Origin: Lepidodermella squamata
Taxonomy: Eukaryota; Animalia; Gastrotricha
Direction: 5' to 3'
Assembly: GCA_047495785.1 (NCBI GenBank)
Contig: JBLDXI010000019.1
Location: forward strand, 1,674,001-1,738,000
Length of the DNA stretch: 64,000 bases
The position numbers and the translations under genes were made by a program. Positions 57,340-64,000 of the stretch are shown piece after piece. The first letter of the stretch is position 1; each line of letters begins with the position of its first letter. The notes under the pieces were generated by a model that saw only the letters and a list, made by a program, of their open reading frames with translations, made no database searches and was not told the DNA's origin.

Positions 57340-59820
57340 TCAATGTTTTTTCACCGATTGCACAACTGAGTGCGGCGCGACACGGATGAAAGCGTTGCGC
57401 GGCCGCCGATAGATGCGCATCTCACCCGGTTGATCGACGCCCGGCTCGTGAATTGCCGATAATAGTTGCGATTCTGGCTGTGATCTGACAAAATCGACAA
57501 TAGACCGCAACAAATACGCAGTTTCGAGCAGATCATCAACCGGCCGCCCGCCTATCCGCCGCTCAACTTCGTCCAGGGTTAGCTCTTCCACCCGGTCGAA
57601 ATAGCCGTTTTTATGCTTCCCTACCACCAATTTATCCGTGCCGCTGAAGTACATTTGCACCCATTTTTTCTTCGGAAATCCGCCGCTTGTCGATGTCAGC
57701 TCGACTAAACCAGCCGCATGCTCGACAGGCAAACGGTTTTCTGGTGTCACCATATCGGGTACAATACTGCATGAAAGACGTGAAGATTGATCGAAATGTT
57801 TCGGGGTTTCAGCGTTAGCCATGGATACGCCGATTTTCTGCGCTAGTTCCTCGTCGATGTTGCCAAAGTCGGCCGCGTCGACTTCGAAGCGCACGAGAAT
57901 TTTCATGCCGCCGAATGAGATTTCTTTTATGCACCGAAATGACCCATCGCCGGCGCGTGAACTCAGCCCGGTGCCGGGTAGAGGCCGTGTGGTTTCGTGC
58001 TCAAATGAATGGCCATAATTTCCTAGAAAATAATATAGACAATAATTTTTACTAAAATTTACCTATAAAAAGCTTCAAGAAAATTGAACGAGAAATCGAT
58101 TTTAAATAATAGAAAATCCTCCTTAAACTAAAGATTTTAAAAGCTATGGGAATAACAGAGGCGCAGCCTTGGAAATTGGATATTTTCAAACGCTACTGGT
58201 ATTAAATGTTCAAAATAAAAAAATAAATATTAAATATTAAATTCAATTTTCCAGAACAAATTTGAGGCGGCTCTATATGGGCGCTTGCGTATCTCTGAAA
58301 AGAATTTTTTTCCGAATTTCAAGTGACCCTCCATTTACAATTTTGATATCGATTCCAAGTATCGATTTTAACAATCAATATTTTTTCGAAATAAGCATTA
58401 AGGAAGCTATCAGTGAATATCATTAACAAAGGCTTCACTACACGCTTATATTCTGAAAACCAAGTCTGAGCCTGAGAAAATTGAGAGCTAGAAGGCCAAA
58501 TTTTAGTGCTGGATGAACTAAGATTTTGGGTCTTCCATTTACCGGAACCAAATTTACGCCGAGCGGAACCTAATTTGCTGTAGCCGAACCAAATTTCAGA
58601 ATTTTCTAGCGGCCTGAAATCCCTTTTCGGATATTTCTTGCTGGTCAAGATTGACCACGATAATTCGGAAAAAATCATTAGTGAATTCAGCGTAAGAATC
58701 TCTATAAGAAGTATATTCAATCTAGAACTTATGCTTCGCCTAAAATTCGTAGAGTTATTAAAAAAATGACTCTTGGCATACTTCGAGTTTGGTTCCGCTT
58801 ACCTTTAATTTGGTTCCGCTAAAAGATATTCTGTAAGCTTTTGGTGACGCAAAAATATGTTATATTGATCAGAAATTTAGGAATTTCATCTATAATTTCA
58901 ACCTTAGTATTTTGCCATTAGAGTAGGAAAAAATTCTGAAAACTTCTTCACCCGTTCAGACTCTTCCCGCTCTGACGTGATTTTTTAACAAAAATTTCGA
59001 TACATTTTCCACATTTTAACGATATGTGATTTTGAAGTCGAAGTCTGGAAGACTAAAAATCCTCTCCGATGTTCTAAAAATCAATCTCATGTCTATAAAA
59101 ACAGCTGAAACATGGGCGATGGGGATTTATATAAATTTTAGCGAGCAAAACGACGTAAAGTTTCGCCAAATTGCTAGACAATTTTTAACTTGCCTTGAAA
59201 ATTTAATTCGCTATAAAAGCTGGGTTTATGCCAATAAATAAATTATTATACTCTGACTTTTTCTAAATTATTGCAATTTTTTTTAAGGTTTTCTTACCAT
59301 GTTGATCGAAGGCTTTATACCTGGGCTCGATTCGAGTAAGCATGACGACATTACCAACCCGTTCCAGCTCGATTCTAACCGGCCCATCGTACTTCTTCCG
59401 CTGCCGACTCGCTATCGAGTACAATTTCCGCAAATTATTCCGATCAGTGCAAACATCGATGCGCTGCCACGCAAAATCTCGCCGGCCGAGTAAATTGTTG
59501 CAAATATCAACGGCTCGAATTAGCGACTCGAGTGGCCATTTAGGATTCATCGCGCCGTTCTGATCGACAAACATCTGCTGTTTTGTTGTCCGCAACTGGC
59601 CGCCTTTCCACGGGACGTACTGCATCGGGCAGCCGGGCACTAACATGGCCGGGCCGCCTTTATCGCGGACCAGCCAGTTGAAAGACGCGATGAGACGCGA
59701 TTTCACCTCAGCATCAGCTCGGTCGATTTCTTGCTGACAAGTCTGAGATGAGGCTAGAAAAACTGGTTGTTCAGCTTCAATGTCAACCCATAGCCAATTT
59801 TCTCTAGAATTACTAGCCAT
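57340..59820 (-). CDS. DXO/RAI1-like PD-(D/E)xK nuclease-fold protein of the fungal-type subfamily (2 exons, about 401 aa)
   Basis: Exons 59820-59298 and 58022-57340. Motifs IASFNW..LVPGCP, DQN, DVCTDRNNLRKL, YGHSFE, FGGMKILVRFEVD, VEL, KWVQMYF. Confidence 0.7.
58520..58822. mobile_element. MITE, GGAACC/GGTTCC family (intronic)
   Basis: Tandem GGAACC motifs about 21 bp apart at left and GGTTCCG at right. Homologous to 52835-53152. Confidence 0.72.
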
Positions 59821-60185
59821 CACTATGGAAAAAATTGAAAACATGGGAGAATTATTATATTTGAGGACCAATTGGCAGTTAAAGAACTACGAGCTCGCAT
59901 TTCGCACAAGTTGGCTCACGTACAGTGCTATCAGAGTGTGCACGTGTAGCATAAAACTGTACTGGCCGCATCAATTTTATTGAAGGTCTCAATGAAAATA
60001 GTGAGCCACGTGTTTGGTAGTATAGTATTTGCAATTTGCATTACCCAAATGTGTGTGTGCGTGTGTCGTTGTGTGTTTTAGCGTAGAAAAGTGCCGAGAT
60101 GTATTAATAAAGACGGAATTTAATCCTTATCAGCAGATGGTAGTAATGTGAAGAAAATCAAAGCAGTGAATTGGCCCTCAGAATA

Positions 60186-60747
60186 GGAATCCCTAATTTC
60201 GGCCACTTCCAAATTCGGTCGCTACGACCAATAACTTCGGCCACCGGTCGAAATTTGGACACTAAGTGCTGCGCAGCAGTTTTATTTGCACGCAATTCAA
60301 GACATTTGCATTGTTGAACCAATCTGTTTCATGATTTTGCAAGCACGTGATCGTAAACAATAATTTTAAAAGCGGGCGAGGGGGCTAATGCCGTTTCTCC
60401 AGTGCTTTGTTACCATACCAGAAACACCTGAGTTTCAGGCATCACGTCGTAAAGACACAAAGGCGATTGTCGAGACGAATTCAACGGTACCAAACTTGGG
60501 GTATTAGCGTAAGTGGATGAGGTGGCCGAAATTAGGGCACCTGGTTCCCTAATTCCGGCCAGGAGTCTAAGTGACTTCAAAATTAGCCATAAATCAAGGT
60601 AAAATCGTCCGGACTTGCAGTAACCGCCATTCGATAGCCCAAGAACTCCTCTAAAATTCTGTATTTGCCGAATATTTTCTAAACATTCACCTGGCTGGTA
60701 AAGTAGGAAAAAGTCGAAAAGTGGCCGAATTTAGGGGGATGCTCTAG
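60186..60747 (+). mobile_element. Non-autonomous DNA transposon with CCCTAATTTCGGCCAC / GTGGCCGAATTTAGGG inverted ends
   Basis: Terminal and internal copies of the motif in both orientations. Right end shared with 55155-55339. Confidence 0.7.
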
Positions 60748-61698
60748 CTAACTGAGACCGGCGCCATCGTTTAATTCAGGAGGTTCTTAGTTTAGAGAGG
60801 TACCTAATAGATTGATATTGAAACAAAGCTATTGGCCTTCAGCGTTGCTGAGAAAATCGGTATCAAACTTGAACTACCCAGTTACCCTTATTCTTTGTTT
60901 TAACCTCCAAAAATGTGCGAATTTGACCATTAACAAATTGGGTTTGGCAAAATTTTTAACGTCGTGAGATTTTGATGCCGCTTTCAAGATCAATGAACGT
61001 GGAGTCGAAAACGATATCAAAATAGGTAGGTTTATATATTCATTAATTGTTACTTGCTAAGGAAATAGGCTTCGAAGTTACGGATGAAAATTGTTAATTT
61101 TGAAAATTGGGCGCTTGAAAATTGCATCAATCGGTTTTTCATCGCATCAATTAGTACTTTGTCGCGCAACATGGGCAGTCGAGATTCCTCAGAGTGATCT
61201 GACGTGAGGAATCTTGCTAGATATTAAAAATTTTGATGGTATCAAGCTAGAGCTTCCATGTCAGCCTAATAATATTAGCCATTCGCGACACTTTGAGGTA
61301 TCCAGTTTTTGGGGTGGATGGGAGCTCCTAGGGCTGAAGAAGTGTAAGGAAAGCTAGGACTCTAAGAATCGTCCCTCTTCAAGTCATCTCTACTCTATTA
61401 CTCGTACACCAAGTTGCGAGTCTGCTGTAAGTGGACAATTTGATTTTCGCGATTTCCAAACTTTCTTTAAAAAAATTCAAATTTCTTGTTCAAAACTTCA
61501 ATAATTCTGGGTATAATTTGGGGCAGCTCTTCTTAAATCAACTATTGCATTTATATTTATTCCTAATATAATTCCTATTATAATTCCTATTATAATTTAC
61601 CGTAAAAATGAAAATTTGTATTTTCTGGCTTCGCGTGAAAAGTCAGGCAAACACATAACACATCCTTTTTTTTTTATTTCGGAAACGAAGAATCTACT

Positions 61699-63399
61699 TC
61701 AGCTTTCGGAATCGTAGCTGAGATAATTTCTAACAAAGTCTTTGAAAAGGGAATGGGCACTGAGTTCGATCCCTGGGCATCTGCTAGGAAGCGATCGCAG
61801 GAGTGATCGAAATGCTGGAGCGCCGATACGCAGGTTATTCATCAGCTCGTAGAACTGCGATAACCGATACTCGTCGCCATTCAGGCAGCGAATCAATGCT
61901 AACTTGTATCGATTATACAGCGCAGTCAGCTTTTCATTCTTTGAAAGAGTCTTATTACCTGAGTAATAAAGTAATGTTATTAGGATCCACTGAGATATTC
62001 AAAGCTTACCAATGCAAATGAGAACACATAGCAGGCTTAATTCCTGGTAATTGCGTATTGTCTGAAAGAATTGATTGCCCACACGTCTGAGATGATTTAC
62101 GATATGAAAATCTTCGCTGCTATTAGCGTTCATGGAATAGGTCCCACTTTCTTGATCCAACGACATATAATTGGGTGTTTGGGTTGACATGTCAAAACTT
62201 AGAGATAATTGAGCTGCTAGGATCGGGAAGAATGCGTCCAGGTAAGCTAGCGTTCTCTCTTGCAGAGACATTTCTGTCGCACCTTATAAAATAATTTACG
62301 TAGAAAGCAAATTCGATGTATTTATCGATCACTTACCTGGTAGCTCCCGAATGAACTCGCTGATTGCTGTGATGTAAGGAAGGAAAGCCGAAGCGCGGAG
62401 ACTCGTGGCTTCGTATGGATCGATGTCAGATGGAAATACGATCTTAACTTCCAGGATAGGTTTGAGCTTCGAAGCCGCCGCTAGAGCTCTGTCAATCAAC
62501 CAATCAGACGTAAAGTCTTGCTCTGGTTGTGAATGTGAACCGTCATAATTTGCGATGAGTATCTCGAAAGAGCCATTATCCTCGGCTGGAGCTGTCACCT
62601 CGAAGATTTGCTCGCTTGAAGATGGGTCTTCAGTAGAGTAGGAGTACCTCCTCAAGGCTCCAGAATCTTCGCTAAAGGTCGAAATAAGGTTGTCGATATC
62701 TCGCCGTGTCTCATCGGTGTACCGGCCGAAAGAAGTTTTAGACCTAGACATGCCTGCGGCAAGACATCTTTGGACACGGCAATAACGGCAGTTGGATGTT
62801 ACTTCACAGAGTTCGAAACCATTTTCCAGCTCGCCAGCGGTAGGCCTTCGCTTGCAAACGTATTCAAGCCGATGCTGCTTTGAGCTGTACCGTCGAAAAA
62901 AGAGCTTGCACCCCTCGCAAGACATAACCCCGTAATGGAAACCGGTACCTTTTAACATCAAATCCTTAGACAATCCATGGATTCATTTCGTAAAACTTAC
63001 AAGGAGAGCCGCAGATTTTGCATGGAATTTTGCCGAGGCCGAAATGGCAGTGTCTTTTGATCTCTTTCTTCTCAATCTGATTCGTGGTGGAGCGACCTTG
63101 TTTTGCTCGTTCCAGCACTTTCTTGCATTTAACCAAGCGGCAGGGGCGGCATTTTGCTATGTCGAAGTCCTCGCCGTGACCTCCATCGCATGCTGCTTCA
63201 TCAGACACGCCTGTCTCGTGATATCTCCAGTAAAATTTCTATGCATAAAATTACGGCAGTTAGTGGACTGAGCATCGGTTGAATAGGGATGTTTTACCTT
63301 GCAGGCGCCGCATAGAACGGTGGCTTGTAGTTGCTTGTCACGATGGACAGCAGACAAGGGGCGCATGCATACTTGGCATGAGAGATCAGGTATACTCAT
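61699..63399 (-). CDS. Nuclear receptor with two tandem DNA-binding domains (2DBD-NR) + LBD (5 exons, about 494 aa)
   Basis: Exons 63399-63298, 63238-63001, 62948-62337, 62282-62010, 61958-61699. DBD1 CQVC..CGACKKFYWR..CRPCRLVKC. DBD2 CKIC..GFHYGVMSCEGCKLFFRR..CRYCRVQRCLAAGM. LBD signature FIRELPG. Confidence 0.85.
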
Positions 63400-64000
63400 T
63401 AACTTTGATCTTTGAAAGCTTGTGGTAAAAACATAGATAAAGAGATATTTCAACTCCTGATGTGTGACAGACGAAAAGCGAAATGAGGGGAATATTGATT
63501 GAACTTTCACTACAAATATATCATGTTTCGTGGTTTAAAATCTATCCATTAATGAAGTTTCTTCTCCTGCGCGATCATGGAAAGGAAATGAAGAATAGAC
63601 TATGCCCTTTAAAGCGTGCTTCTGTAACAGTTTGAATCATTTGAGAAGAGTGTAATTTGAAGTTATTACGAGCTTCCAAACCCACCCCTACTACAAAATA
63701 CTATGATATTATTCAGCTGCATTAAAATACTACAACAATTATCAACGAGTACTCATTTATATAGAGGTCGGTTCCAGCTAGGAATATGGGTGGACATGAT
63801 AAAGAAAGCTGAAGCATATGCTGCTCGTAACTCATGATAAAACTATTCATCAAAAATGAATATGTAAAATAGGTGCTAGCTCATAAAATAGGTTAATTTT
63901 CAATCATATACTCGAAAGACTCTCATTCATCCTTGTACAGTCTGATTAGAAAAGCCGCCCAAAGACCTCTTGTTTCTTCCATTTATGTAGTAAGTTCTGA

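Overview
Compact invertebrate (metazoan) genomic DNA with short GT-AG introns (mostly about 50-60 nt). Protein-coding content: three intronless GABA-B-like class C GPCRs, a CUB/trypsin protease, two apparently extracellular ankyrin-repeat proteins, two paralogous giant PAN/F5-8/LamG/F-lectin proteins, two divergent Cys-loop channels, catalase, two orphan membrane proteins, a small ankyrin protein, a secreted single-Sushi protein, a fungal-type DXO/RAI1-like nuclease and a two-DBD nuclear receptor. Also present are tRNA genes and remnants, and several MITE families. The strongest unexplained signal is a tandem cluster of structured non-coding RNA genes on the minus strand (6860-17411): four paralog types, duplicated as a block, giving six full copies and two remnants. 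They share a 5' closing stem and a 3' double hairpin plus oligo-U. G-U wobbles support the minus strand. Two upstream boxes sit at exactly -25..-30 and -70 in all six full copies, like an snRNA-type external promoter. I do not recognise the family. All calls come from reading the sequence; no database search was run.
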